A stretch of DNA of 64,000 bases, from the NCBI RefSeq assembly GCF_009914755.1, contig NC_060945.1, one strand, 5' to 3'. The translations under genes and the position numbers were made by a program. Below, piece after piece: positions 1 to 17,206 of this stretch. Positions within the stretch are counted from its first letter, which is position 1. The number at the start of each line of letters is the position of its first letter. Below the pieces are notes generated by a model. The model made no database searches. It was given only the letters and a program-made list of their open reading frames with translations, and had not been told where the DNA came from. The stretch is from the human T2T-CHM13v2.0 reference genome, Homo sapiens.

Positions 1-133
1 ACCCTGGGACTCCCTGCCCTGCTGCAGGGGAACGTGAGGGTCAGGGGTCCCCAGATTCCTGGGAGCTGGGGCCGGTGCCCTGGCAGAAACACGGCCTCAG
101 GCAGGGTCCAGGGCCTGTGGGGGTGAGTCACCT

Positions 134-495
134 TGTTATGGGCTGAATTCCCTCCCCAAAACTTACGTCCAAGCCCAACCTGGTGCCTCCCAGTACCGTA
201 TTTGGAGACAGTGCCTTTAAAAGGTGGTTAAGATAACATGAGCTGACTGGGGTGGGCCCTGAGCCACTTTGACTGAGTCTTACAAGAAGAGGAGGTCGGG
301 GCACAGATGCACATGAAGGGCGCCAGGGAAGGACAGACCCTGACACACAGAGGAGTGGGGACTCAGCAGAAGCCAGCCCTGCCAACACTTGTCTCAGACT
401 TTGAGAGGTAAGTGTCTGTCGTTTAAGCCCCCCGCCAAGCTCACACACACACACACCTGTGTGCCTCGCTAGGGCTGCCCCAGCAGACTCACACA
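134..495 (+). mobile_element. MaLR solo LTR (MLT1B/MLT1C-like), degenerate
   Basis: Begins TGTTATGGGCTGAATT, has GTATTTGGAGA and GGTGGGCCCT blocks and the GCCAGCCCTGCCAACAC..GTTTAAGCC 3' blocks typical of MLT1 LTRs. Confidence 0.75.
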
Positions 496-702
496 TCACA
501 CCTCCCTCACCACCGAGTCCCTGGGCAGCAACGTGGGCCCGGCTCACAAGCAGTGCTGGAGACAGCTTGAGCTTGGGTTGACTGCGCCAGCATAGCATGA
601 TCTCTCTCTCTCTCTCTCGCTCTCTCTAAGGAAAAAAAGAAGATAAGAACTAGAGAGTCAGAAATGTCATCTCTTTCTTTCTTTTCTTCCTCCTTTCTTT
701 CT

Positions 703-751
703 TGCACTCCAGCCTGGGCAACAGAGTGAGACTCCATCTGAAAAAAAAAAA
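703..751 (+). mobile_element. Alu 3'-terminal fragment
   Basis: TGCACTCCAGCCTGGGCAACAGAGTGAGACTCCATCT followed by poly(A). Confidence 0.85.
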
Positions 752-759
752 GGAAAGAA

Positions 760-1597
<838 letters not shown>

Positions 1598-2494
1598 AGT
1601 GAAAATACATAAGAGTACTGGTTTTTTTCCGGTTAATCCTAACTTTTCTAATATATTTTGCTAGCAGATATTTAAAATCTGGTGGTTTAGCCAAAGAATT
1701 TGGGACAGCAAGACTATACAATCTTCCATCCGCTGCAAAGAGATGTTCGTTTTTTCTCAGCGTTTCTGAGAAGCTGGAAAACAAGGTGAGCTGCCGCCTT
1801 GGACACCCTCCTCTTAATTCTGGTTCCTTCCTGCTCGACATGGGGACGGGACAGTCCGACGCTCCCTCTCATGGGAATGTATTTGCAGACATCATATCAT
1901 GGAAAATACTAAACACAAGTGTTGCCTCAGAAGCTCACGATGAGCCGGGTTCACGCCGGTGTAATTCTGCGGGGGCCGGACCCTGAATCTCATGCACGCG
2001 CGGCTGCGAAGGCGACGCAGCTTCTGCCTCTGAGCCGCCTCCTTCGATACATCCCGTGGGAGCGGGAGCCACACTGAGCGCCAGGTCTGCGGCCAGCCGG
2101 GTGGGAAACAGGCGCTGCTGCCAGCAAGCTCCTCCCACTCTGCTCACCTGCCCCGAGGTTCCCAGAAGTTCTCAATCAGTACCATGTCCTTTCCCCTTCT
2201 CGAAGAAAAACACTGTTGGCAATGGAACAGCGCCTCCCATTATCCTCCTGTCCTCACCAGGAACAGGCTCCCCAGACAGCAGACACTGTTTTCCGCGAGC
2301 CGGAGGCAGCCAGATTTGAGCCCAGATACCGCCATGGCCACTCCTGCGAAACCCTAGAAAGCCAGGGACATATTCAGGGGACTTCTCTTGCTCCAAGAAG
2401 CCGTGCCTGGCAGTCAGCGCCTGCACACAGGCAGCTCCCATGGCAGGAGCATGGGTGGCCAAAGGGGCCAAGGTTCTCTGTTGTCAGTCCTGCC

Positions 2495-2720
2495 TCGCCT
2501 GCCTCCCCTCCCTCCCCTGCCTCTCCTCCCTCCCCTCTTTCCCGTCCCTCCCCTCCCTCCCCTCTCCCCTTCCTCCTCTCCCTCCTCTTACTCCCCTCCC
2601 TCCCCTCCCTCCTCTGCCTCCCTTCCCTCCCCTGCCTCTCCTTTCTCCCCTCCCTCCCCTCACTCCCTTCCCTCTCTTTCCTTCTCTCCCTCTCCTCTCT
2701 CCTCTCCCTTCCCTGCCTGC
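2495..2720. repeat. Polypyrimidine (CT-rich) low-complexity tract
   Basis: About 220 bp almost only C/T (CCTCCC repeats); source of the Pro/Ser/Leu-rich ORFs. Confidence 0.95.
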
Positions 2721-3719
2721 ATGACCTTGAGCTTTTCCTCTGTTAGTCCCAGGAGCAGCTGCACTGGGTCAGGAGTTTCTGAGCCTGGCTGGTCCTCAGG
2801 CCGTCTGTGGACACTGAGACACGCCCCAGCCCTGAGATTCTGATTCTGTAGGCCTGTTCTGGTTGCCAGGTCTGTTTTGCCAAGCTGTGTGTTTCTGGTG
2901 CAAGGCGTAGGGTGCGCGCTCGATGGCCTCCTGGGTGCTGCCATCTGCCCATCTGTATCTGCATCTGATGCCCGTGAGGAGACATAATGGAAGCAAGAGT
3001 GTGGGGTGGGAGGCCCTAATTGTTTCAGGGAAGTGTCCCAGCTTGGAAGTGGATTCTTGCAGGGGCTCTGGTCTGGTGGAGAAAGTGGAGAAGGCAGCCT
3101 GGGGACGTGGCTGGGTGGGGAGTGGGCGCAGGCACAGAGCCAGCCTGCATGCTCCTTCTCTCCCTCCATGGACATAAGGACAGTGAAGTACTGTCCATAC
3201 CACCGCGTCCAGGCATCTCACACGCCCTACACCTGAGAAACGGAGCTGAAAAATGAATTTGTGCTGTCCATCCACCACATCAGAAAGACGAGGGACAGTG
3301 ATGCCTAGTGTGGGTCACCAGAGAGGCCCACAGGGGACCCCTAACCTGCTACAGTTGTGCTCTAGTCATTTGTTTCTTGGCATTAGGGGCACTTTAAACC
3401 ATCAAATTAACAACCTCACCATAGTAACAACCTGTTCAATGTCACCAGGGGATCCTAATTGGCTCACAGTTAAGCCCCTTTCAACCTTCGCACTGTCGTG
3501 GTTGTCAGGACTGCCAAGCCGCCCTCCCATGCCTGCTCCTCATGCCTGTCCACTCTACAAGCCAGCTGTAAAACCCCTGCCCCCACCCTCTGTGTCGGTC
3601 CATGGTCACCACCCTGTCACCTCCAGCATCAGTCACGCCTCCGTGGTGGGCGTGGGGGCCCCACCCGAGGCTCCCGGGCATTTCTCTGATGGCTAATGAG
3701 ACTGATCTTTGATTTTTGA

Positions 3720-4163
<444 letters not shown>

Positions 4164-4229
4164 TGATCCCTTGCAGTTAACTCTATGTCCTATTACATCT
4201 TCTCCTGTAATAGGTGATCCAGGAGGCTA

Positions 4230-4500
4230 CAACAGGCTGAAGTCTGTGTGTCCCACACATTCCTATGTTGAAATCCCAACCCCCGAGGTATTAGGAGGTG
4301 GAGGCTTTGGGAGGTGATGAGGTCATGAGGGGAGCGTGAGACTGGTCCCCTTGCAAAAGGGACCCCAGGAAGCTCTGTTCCGCCACGTGAGGATGCACAC
4401 GAAGGCAGCACCGCCTGCAGCCTGGAGCAGCACCCTCCCCAGAACCCGACCATCCCACCCCGATCTGCGATCTGCGGCTTCGGACCTCCAGGGCTGAGAG
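4230..4500 (+). mobile_element. MaLR LTR fragment (MLT1A-like)
   Basis: TGTGTCCC...TATGTTGAAATCC...GGAGGTGATGAGGTCATGAGGG...CCACGTGAGGA motifs. Confidence 0.7.
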
Positions 4501-4599
4501 AGCCCAGGCTGCAGGGCAGAAGCCCCACTCTCCAGCCCCCGCCTGAGCTGCATAAGGCGGCCGCCCTTCCTCCACCCCCCTCTCTTCCGGGTCTCTGCT

Positions 4600-5090
4600 T
4601 GCGCTGGTTTCCTGTTGTTGCTGTAACAATTGCCGACGGAGCACCACAGATTCCCTCTCTGACAGCCCTGGGCGTCAGGAGCCCACAGGCCCTGCCACAG
4701 AACTGAAGCCAAGGTGCCAGCTGGACTGCTTCCTTGCCAGGGACCTGCAGGAAAATTCATCCTGGCCTTTTCTGTGGCCTTGCCCATGGCCTCGCCCATG
4801 GCCTCTTCCTCTGGTTCAAAGCCCATCATTCCAACCTCTGCTCCTATCATCCCCTCCCCTCTCCTTCGTTCCCTCTCCACTGCCTCTCCCTGCCCTCCTC
4901 TGCTGCCCTCCCGAAAGGACCCGAGGTGATACAGGCCCACAGGGCAGTCTGGCACAGCCTCCCCCGCTTCAGGTCCGGGGTTTAATCACATCTACAAAGT
5001 TGCTTTGGCTGTGGGAGCCAACGCTCACACGTTCCAGGAATTAGGACCAGGAAATCCTGGTGGGAGGGTGGGGGCAGATTCTGTCCTCCA
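4600..5090 (-). mobile_element. MaLR LTR (MLT1D-like)
   Basis: GCTGTAACAA, TTAATCACATCTACAAAGT and TTCCAGGAATTAGGAC blocks in antisense MLT1 order. Confidence 0.6.
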
Positions 5091-5151
5091 CCTGGCTGGG
5101 GGACCAAGTTGGCAGCGGGGCCTTTCCTGACTGCCCTGTCAGAAACTGCAG

Positions 5152-5527
5152 CACCACCCTACCCCACTCCACCTCACCCCTACCTCACCCCACCTCACCC
5201 CTACCTCACCCCACCTCACCCCACCTCACCCCTACCTCACCCCACCTCACCCCACTCCACCCTCATCCCACCACACCCCCACTCCACCCACCCCTACTCC
5301 ACCCCACCTTTACCCCACCCCACCCCTGCCTCACCCCACCTCACCCCACTTCCACTCCAACCCACCTTACCCCGCCCCTACTCCACCCCACCCCTACCTC
5401 ACCCTCATCTCACCCGACCCCACCCCACCTCCACTCCAGCCCACCCTACCCCATCCCCACCCCACCCCACCCCCACCCTCATCTCACCTGACCCCACCCC
5501 CAGTCCACCCCACCCCCACTCCCCACT
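5152..5527. repeat. Degenerate (CCCCA/CCTCA)n tandem repeat, G-rich on the minus strand
   Basis: About 375 bp of CCCCACCTCACCCCTACCTCA-type units. Confidence 0.95.
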
Positions 5528-7645
5528 TTGGGTACAAAAACCAGAAAAGCCCAGGCGAACGGCAGGAGGAGGTAGGTGTCCCGGCCCCATGCGCGCCACA
5601 TGGCTGGCTTGTTCTGTCTGTCATTCCCCTACTCCTTGTTCTGTCCGGGGTTCCTCCAGCCCCACACCTCAGCATGCCTGTGATGCCACCCTCAGACAGC
5701 CGCAGGCCCCGCCCTGTGGTGGTCCCCAAAATTCCAAGTCCGACTCCAATGGCCCGAGACCGGCCAGGCTGGCAGTTTCATCTGGTTAGGGATGCGTGGG
5801 CTCCTCCACATTCCACCTTTTGAGATGTGCTGTAACCTTCTACCTGGACCCCAGACAGACAGGGTCAGCCGAAGCCCCAGGCACTCCTGGACTCAGGCAC
5901 CCGTGACTGGCAGCAGAGCACGTCCCCTAGCCAGGGCCACGTTTGTCATGGGATCGCTGGACATTGGCCACCAGAATGGTGCTGGCATGCTGAATTGGGG
6001 TGGTTCAAAGTGTCTGTATAGATAGGCACCCTGCAGAACCTCCCTTCCTAGGATCCTGAACTCCCCAGGGCGGCCAGGTGGCTGGGACATGCTAAGGGTT
6101 CAGTGACCATTTGTGGGATGAGTGGGTGGATGTGAGTTGTGGTTGCCAACCTAAAGAAGCATGGAGGACAAAACCCACAGGGCAGATTGTGCTGGGGGAC
6201 AAGGGGGTCCCCTGGTAGGCAAGTGTATTCATGTGATGTGTGTGCCTGGGCACGTGTGTACATTATGTGAGGACGTGCACATACCACTCACCTAGCCCTG
6301 CTTCCAGCTAAGAGAAAGGAAGCCAGAAACATGCAAAGATGCCAAGCAAGCACCCTGGGCACGGTTTTCCAGACCTCGCAGGGAACAGAGTAAAAGCTAG
6401 GAATGCTGGGCTTCACGAAGGAGCAGAGGGGGCAGGTGCGGAGGGAGGAGGCCGGCAGAGAGCAGGTCCCTCCTGGAGCAGCGCGATCGGGCGCCGAGGC
6501 CTCATGCAACATCCGACAACTACTCATGGCAAGGAGAATTCTGGACTGACTTTCTATTGTTTTGATTAAAAGTAATTTTATCCAAAAATCCAAAATGTAC
6601 TGGACGTGCCAATCAGAATGGAACAGAAGGAAATGCCGCACTACCTGGCTGCCTCTCCCCTCGGCTGCTGGTGGCTGCCCATAGACCCCTGTGAACAGCT
6701 GATGCATGTCCCACCTGCACCATAGGGCCTGGAGGAAGCGGCTGTAGCAGGACTCGCAGAGTTCCCCGTGCGTGGCCACCGGCCCTGCCTCCATCGCTGT
6801 TGTCTCCCCGCAGGCCAAGGCGAGGCAGGTGGGGCGCACTGCATGGCTCTCAGGGGAAGGATCCACTCAGATGTTCCCTCTGCCCATCGCCTGCCCACCT
6901 TGGACTGCCCACCATCCTGGATGGAGCCACTGGAGGCTCCCGTGGCCCACACTGGCCCCTCCAACACCCCTGCTAACCTCAGGCATGGCCCATCGCTGCA
7001 GCTGTGTTGGGGTGCCTCTGCCATCAGGATGTTGCCCACACAGAAGCCACCTGCTCTGCAGAGAGCAGGAACTGGGGGTTAGGACCTGCATGTGTCGTTT
7101 TGGAGACACGATTCAACTCACGACACTCTTATAGTCTTAGCTTTCCCATCTGTCAACTTCTACCTCTTCAGTTGTTGTGAAGTTTTAATAAAATGAAGTC
7201 ACGCCAGGCAAGTGCTTTGCATGAGGTCTGGTGCTCCTCGGGTACCCCTCGGGGCCTGCCTCATCTCTCCTGTGTGTGGAGGCATCGTTACTCCTATTCC
7301 AAGCAAGCACGGGTGGAGCTGTTAGTTGGGAACGTCTTTTCCTCAAACAAGCCAGGATCTGAGGAAAGCAGAGGGCAGGAACTGTGACCAAAAGAGAACA
7401 ACAGACTCAGAGTACATGTGGAGATCTGGGATCTGCCAGCGGGGTCTCCCTGAGAGGCCTGGGATAGCTCAGGGGCTCTACAAACTGGGTAGTGTGACAT
7501 GGGAGGGGGAAACTGATGGAAATGGGCAAGAAGGAAAAGGTTGACAGGGAGGTAAGAACCCAGGAGAACAAATCATGACCATAACCTACTTGGTCAATTT
7601 CAAACCTAAACTTTTGCGTTTGACTGCCTGGACACAAAAGGAGAG

Positions 7646-8438
<793 letters not shown>

Positions 8439-8615
8439 AGAGTGAGGAAGATGGCTAAAAGCAAGATTGGGAGTCATTCTTCAAGCATCTGTCTTTAAAT
8501 GCCCTTTTCAGCTTTCTCTATCACCAAGTCCCTGCTGCTTTTTCTAACACTTTCAAGAGCTACTTGACTCCAGGGTCAGGGCACACCACAACCCTTTATT
8601 ATAAAGAACAGCTGA

Positions 8616-8911
8616 GGCCAGGCACTGTGGCTCACGCCTGTAATCCCAACAGTTTGGGAGGCCGAGGCAGGTGGATCACCTGAGATCAGGAGTTCAAGAT
8701 CAGCCTGGTCAATATGGCAAAACCCCATTTCTACTAAAAATACAAAAAAAAAAAAATTAGCTGGACGTGGTGGCACACACCTGTAATTCCAGCTACTCAG
8801 GAGGCTGAGGCAGGAGAATCGTTTGAACCTGGGACGTGGAGGTTACAGTGAGCCAAGATCGCCTGGGCACCAGAGTGAGACTTCGTCTCAAAAAAAAAAA
8901 AAAGAGAAAAG
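8616..8911 (+). mobile_element. AluS with a small right-arm deletion
   Basis: TSD AAAGAACAGCTGA (8603-8615) / AAAGAATAGCTGA (8912-8924). Confidence 0.95.
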
Positions 8912-9488
8912 AAAGAATAGCTGAAACGTTAACTTGGCATCCGATGCTATTCTCCTCGAACTCACACTGAAGGATTCCACCTTCTAAGACTATTGAAACC
9001 CTCCATGCGGTGCTCCGAGAGACTGCCGGAGACCTGCTGCTGATCCAGTTAATGCTACCCCAGCACTGACGGGGTGTTGGTTACAACCAGCGTGAGTCAA
9101 GGAGGGAGTTAGCACCTAACTTCCAAGACTCAGGAGTGTGTAAAAAATGAGTGCCTTACATCTGGTGTTATTTTACCTCACCAGTTTTTATACATAGGTG
9201 TTTATTTTAGCCAGCCATCAAAGGGACCTTAAAAATGTAAAGAATTCTTACACATTCTCCTTGCAGCACAAATCTGTAATTAAGGGATTCTCAAAAACGA
9301 GTGCAAAGTTTTATTCTGAGACCCCCAGTGCTCACCGAAATTGTCACATTTGGCCTTCCACATGGTGGGAGAGCAGAGTCACTCAGTTTCTGCGAAGTTT
9401 AAAGGAGATTTGAAGCTTTCAGGCAACGCTGAGGAAGGTGGATAACAGTGTTTTACAAGTGGGAGAAACTTCAAATTAAACAAAGCAC

Positions 9489-9908
9489 AGCCAGGTGCAG
9501 TGGCTCATACATGTAATCCAGCACTTTGGGAGGCTGAGGCGGGAGAATTGCTTGAACCCAGGAGGCAGACGTTGCACCATTGCACTCCAGCCTGGGCGAC
9601 AGAGACAGACTCTATCAGAAAAGAAAAAGAACAAAAGAAAGAAAAGAAAATTTACAAAATAAATATCCTTACAAAAATTAAAAATAATAATAATAAATAA
9701 ATAAAACAGGCCGGGCAAGACAGCTCACACTGTAATCCCAGCACTTTAGGAGGCCGAGGTGAGTGGATCACTTGAGGTCAGGAGTTCAAGACCAGCCTGG
9801 CCAACATGGCGAAACCCCGTCTGTACAAAAAATACAAAATTAGCCAGGCATGGTGGCGCACGCCTGTAATCCCAGCTACTTGGGAGGCTGAGGCAGGAGG
9901 ATCACCTG
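9489..9908 (+). mobile_element. Alu monomer (9489-~9650) followed by a 3'-truncated AluS (9709-9908)
   Basis: First element joins the left-arm start to the right arm through GGGAGGCTGAGGC; second stops at GATCACCTG with no tail. Confidence 0.88.
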
Positions 9909-10325
9909 CACAGCCATAGAGAAAAAGGAAATCATGTCCTTTGCAGTAACGTGGGTGCAGTTGGAGGCCATTGTCTGAAGCGAATTAACGTAGGAAGGGA
10001 AGCCACATACCGCATTTGCTCACTTCCAAGTGGGAGCTGAACACTGAGTGCACAGGACGTAAAGAGGACAGCAACAGACATTGGAGACTATTAGACATGG
10101 GAGGGAGGAGCCAGGGCTGATAAACACCTACTGGGTACTATGCTCAGTACCTGGGTGACGGGATCAGTTGTACAAACATCAGATAAACACCTACTGGGTA
10201 CTATGCTTAGTACCTGGGTGATGGGATCAGTTGTACAAACATCAGCATCACGCAATGTACCCAGGTAACAAACCTGCACATGTACCCCCGAATCTAAAAT
10301 AAAAATTGAATTTTTTTTAAAAAAA
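9909..10325 (+). mobile_element. L1 3' end (L1PB/L1PA16-like) with an internal 63-bp tandem duplication
   Basis: GAAATCATGTCCTTTGCAG...GTGGGAGCTGAAC...AACAAACCTGCACATGTACCCCCGAATCTAAAATAAAA and A tail. Confidence 0.9.
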
Positions 10326-10357
10326 GAACTTCTTATATTCTAGGCATAGTATGTTCA

Positions 10358-10742
<385 letters not shown>

Positions 10743-11589
10743 AAATTAATTACGGCAAGAGTAAGCAGCATTGTTGTTTGTTGACAAATGGCTTTGAGTT
10801 CTAAGACTGATCTTCATGATCATATCTGTGTATTAATGTATGTTATACATGAATATTCAATTCATGTAAGATTTCTGTTCACTACGTGGGTTACACAAGA
10901 CACAATAAAGCAAAATTTCAAAATAAGAAGAAAGCATATAGAGAGATCCCATGTGCCGTTATTCTACATACTCGTCCTCTGTTGGATATAGGGCTTGCAA
11001 ATAGTTCCTCCCAGTCTGTAATAAAAGGCCCCAGGTCTCCTCAATGCTCACATCTTCTCTAACATATCATGATGTCACAGGCAAGAATGGACAGTGACAC
11101 ACACGAGATTCAGAACACTCCCCAGCCACCTCCCAACTCACAGACATCCCTCCAGGGATCCACAGGATCCCTCCAGTGCCCCTTGTAAGACCCGTTTGTA
11201 TAACCATTGAGGACATCCAGGCTAGTCCACTGTTTGGCTTTGACAGGTAAATCTGCTATGAACATTGATCCACTGGTTGTTATGAACATGAGTCTTTGCC
11301 TGTCTGGGCGTGCCCAGGAGAGCAATCCTGGGGCTGTATAGTAATTGAACATGGAGTTTTGTAAGAAACTGCCAAACCGTTTTCCAGAACGGCTGCACCT
11401 TTTACATTCCCACCAGCAATGCACAAATCGGTTATCTTTTTGTTACTGACATCTAGTTTGATTCCCCTTTGGTCAAAGTACACATTCTGTATGATCCCAA
11501 CTCTTTTACATTTATTGGGGTTTAATTTATGGCTCATTATGCAATCCATCTTGGTACATGTTCCATGAACGTTTGAAACAAATGTGTAC

Positions 11590-11896
11590 AGCCAGTCATG
11601 GTAGCTCACGCCTGTAATCCCAGCACTTTGGGAAGCCAAGGTAGTGGATTGCTTGAGCCCAAGAGTTTCAGACCAGCCTAGGCAAAATGGTGAGACCCCC
11701 ATCTCTACAAAAAATACAAAAATTAGCCAGGCGTGGTGGTGTGTGCCTGTAGTCTCAGTGGGAGGCTAAGGGAGGAGGATTGCTTGAGCCTGGGAAGCAG
11801 AGGTTGCTGTGAACTGAGATCGCACCACAGTGCTCCAGCCTGGGCAACAGAGTGAGACCCTGTCTCAACAAAAAAAGAAAGAAAAATAAAATAAAA
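11590..11896 (+). mobile_element. AluJ
   Basis: GATTGCTTGAGCCC and TCTCTACAAAAAAT J-type diagnostics; degenerate TSD AAATGTGTAC / GAATGCGTAC. Confidence 0.9.
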
Positions 11897-12487
11897 GAAT
11901 GCGTACAGTGCTGTTGTTGGGTAGAGTTCTGTGAATGTGGAGAAGGTCATGTAGATTGACAGTGTGTTGAGTGCTTCTATGTCCTTGTTTGTTTTATGTC
12001 CAGCAACAATGGCAATGGTCTTTCACTGAGGGCTGCAGCCCCACCAGACAGTCATCTCCATGCAGCCATCTGCTCCACATCCAGGTGAGTCTCCTCTCTG
12101 CCATTTCAGACCTAAGGGAAGGCAGGAAAGGCACAGCTGCCTGCTCTCCCTAGCCCTGGAATACTGAGTTCTCTGCCCCCTGCCCACAGCTTTGTAAATA
12201 GTCCCATTACTAAACTTTCCTCAGTGACCCAGTTTTCCGTGATATCTCTGGCCCGCTGTGGCCTTATGACAGATATCCCAGGGGGCTACTGCCATTACCT
12301 AGGACTCCTATGGAAGAAATTCCCACTGAAAATGAGCTCACAGAGTGAGTCCATTAGGCTGTGGCTGTAATAAGATGCATAACGGAGACTTCCATTTCCT
12401 CTTAGAATGTAGAAAACTGCAAAGAACATTGCTCCCACACTAACAATGAGAACAGTCAGGTAATCCTCAACGCCACTGGAGAGGTGA

Positions 12488-13076
<589 letters not shown>

Positions 13077-13143
13077 GAGTATAGAAGAAACAGTGGCCAC
13101 CATATGGATGGACAAGAAAGATTCAGTAAAATTCTTAAAGGCG

Positions 13144-14002
<859 letters not shown>

Positions 14003-14079
14003 TTAAACCGTCTTGCTCCCAGGGCATAAGCAAAGCTCCATTGATTCTAGGGCAGAAGAAAGGGAAAATCCCATCTGCC

Positions 14080-15031
14080 CTCAGTTAATTTAGAAAGTTT
14101 ATGTTGTGAAGGTTGAGGACGCGCCTGTGACACAGCCTCAGGAGGTCCTGAGGTAAAGAAAGGCAGATTTGGCCAGGTGCGGTGGCTTCATGCCTGTAAT
14201 CCTAGCATTTTGGGAGGCCAAGGAGGGCGGATCACCTGAGGTCAGGAGTTCGAGACCAGCCTGGCCAACACGGTGAAACCCTGTCTCTACTAAAATTACA
14301 AAAATTAGCCAGGCATGGTGGCATGTACCTTACAACACGTGCCCAAGGTGGTCGGGGCACAGCTTGGTTTTATACATTTTAGGGAGACGTGAGACATCAA
14401 TCAATATAGGTAAGAAGTACATTGGTTCGGTCTAGAAAGGCAGGACAACCTGAAGCAAAGGCAGGAAGACTCGAAGCTGGGAGGGGGCTTGCGGGTCACA
14501 GGTGGGTGAGAGAGTTGCATTCTTTTGAGTTTCTGATTAGCCTTTCCAACAGAGGCCATCAGATATGCATCTATCTCAGTGGTGGGGGTGGGGGTGGTGA
14601 CATTGAATAGAATGGGAGGCAGGTTGGCCCTAAGCAGTTCTCAGCTTGACTTTTCCCTTTATTTATTTATTTAGCTAGTTAGTTAGTTATTTTTGCAACG
14701 GAGTCTTGCTCTGTCACCCAGGCTGTAGCACAGTGGCGCGATCTTGGCTCACTGCAACTTCTGCCTCCTGGGTTCAAGCAATTCTCCCTGCCTCAGCCTC
14801 CCAAGTAGCTGGAACTACAGGCACGTGCCACCACGCCAGGCTAATTTTTGTATTTTTGGTAGAGACAGGTTTCACCATGTTGGCCAGGCTGGTCTCGAAC
14901 TCCTGACCTCAGGTGATCAGCCTGCCTCAGCCTCGCAAAGTGCTGAGGTTACAGGCGTGAGCCACCACGCCCAGCAGACTTTTCCCTTTAGCGTAGTGAT
15001 TTGGGGGTCCAAGATTTATTTTCCTTTCACA
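14080..15031 (-). mobile_element. MER4A1-type ERV1 LTR carrying a 180-bp templated insert (14151-14330) and an antisense Alu (14662-14976)
   Basis: Minus start TGTGAAAGGAAAATAAATCTTGG; collinear with the copy at 18064-18536; Alu TSD GACTTTTCCCTTTA. Confidence 0.88.
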
Positions 15032-15704
15032 CTATCTTGTTTCCAGGGCGTAAGCGAAGATCCACTGATTATAGGGGTGAAGAAAGGGCAAAACCTGTCT
15101 GCCCCAGGGAAGGGATGGAAAATACTCTTCCTCCAGGACCTTGGCAAAAATCCACCCCCCCGAAGGAATGGTCAAGGGTGTGGACATGGGGCCAGATGGG
15201 AAACTGCCACCCAAGACCAACCACAGAGAAAAGGTGCTGCGGGGCGCCATACAGAGAGGAGAGCAGGGATGCTTGGAGACCGCCTCCCTCTGAGCTGCAA
15301 ACCTGCAGGCACAGCTGAAAGCTGGGGGCAGGGGGGTGGGTAGGAGCCTGAGAAGGACCCCCGGCATGAGGTGGCTGCCTCCCACAGCTTGAGGAATTTG
15401 AAGTCTCCAGTGCGGTGCACTGAGATGACCATTACAACAAACCCACACCCAGCCCAACTGCTGACTAGATGGTGGTCTCACCGCCCCCACCAAGAACCTG
15501 GAGAAGATGAGACAGGCCAATTTCCAGGCGCAAGGAGTCTGCCTACTTGTTCTAGTGATCACCGAGAGGGCACTGTAGATGTCTCCAGCTCTAGTTGTGG
15601 ATTTGTTTATTTCAGTGTTTGTTCTTTCCAATTTTTTTGTATATTTTGAAGCTCTGTTGTTAGGTATACACACATGTAGGATTGTGATGTCCTAATGAAG
15701 ACTT

Positions 15705-17161
<1,457 letters not shown>

Positions 17162-17206
17162 GACTTGACCCCTTGATCTTTATGCAATATCCCTCTTTAT
17201 CCGTGG

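Noticed and set aside
2216-2843. Pro/Ser/Leu-rich ORFs of 94-176 aa
   Set aside because: Translation of the CT-rich tract, which lacks stop codons
5060-5789. 226-aa and 143-aa extensin-like Pro/His/Thr-rich ORFs
   Set aside because: Translation of the (CCCCA)n repeat
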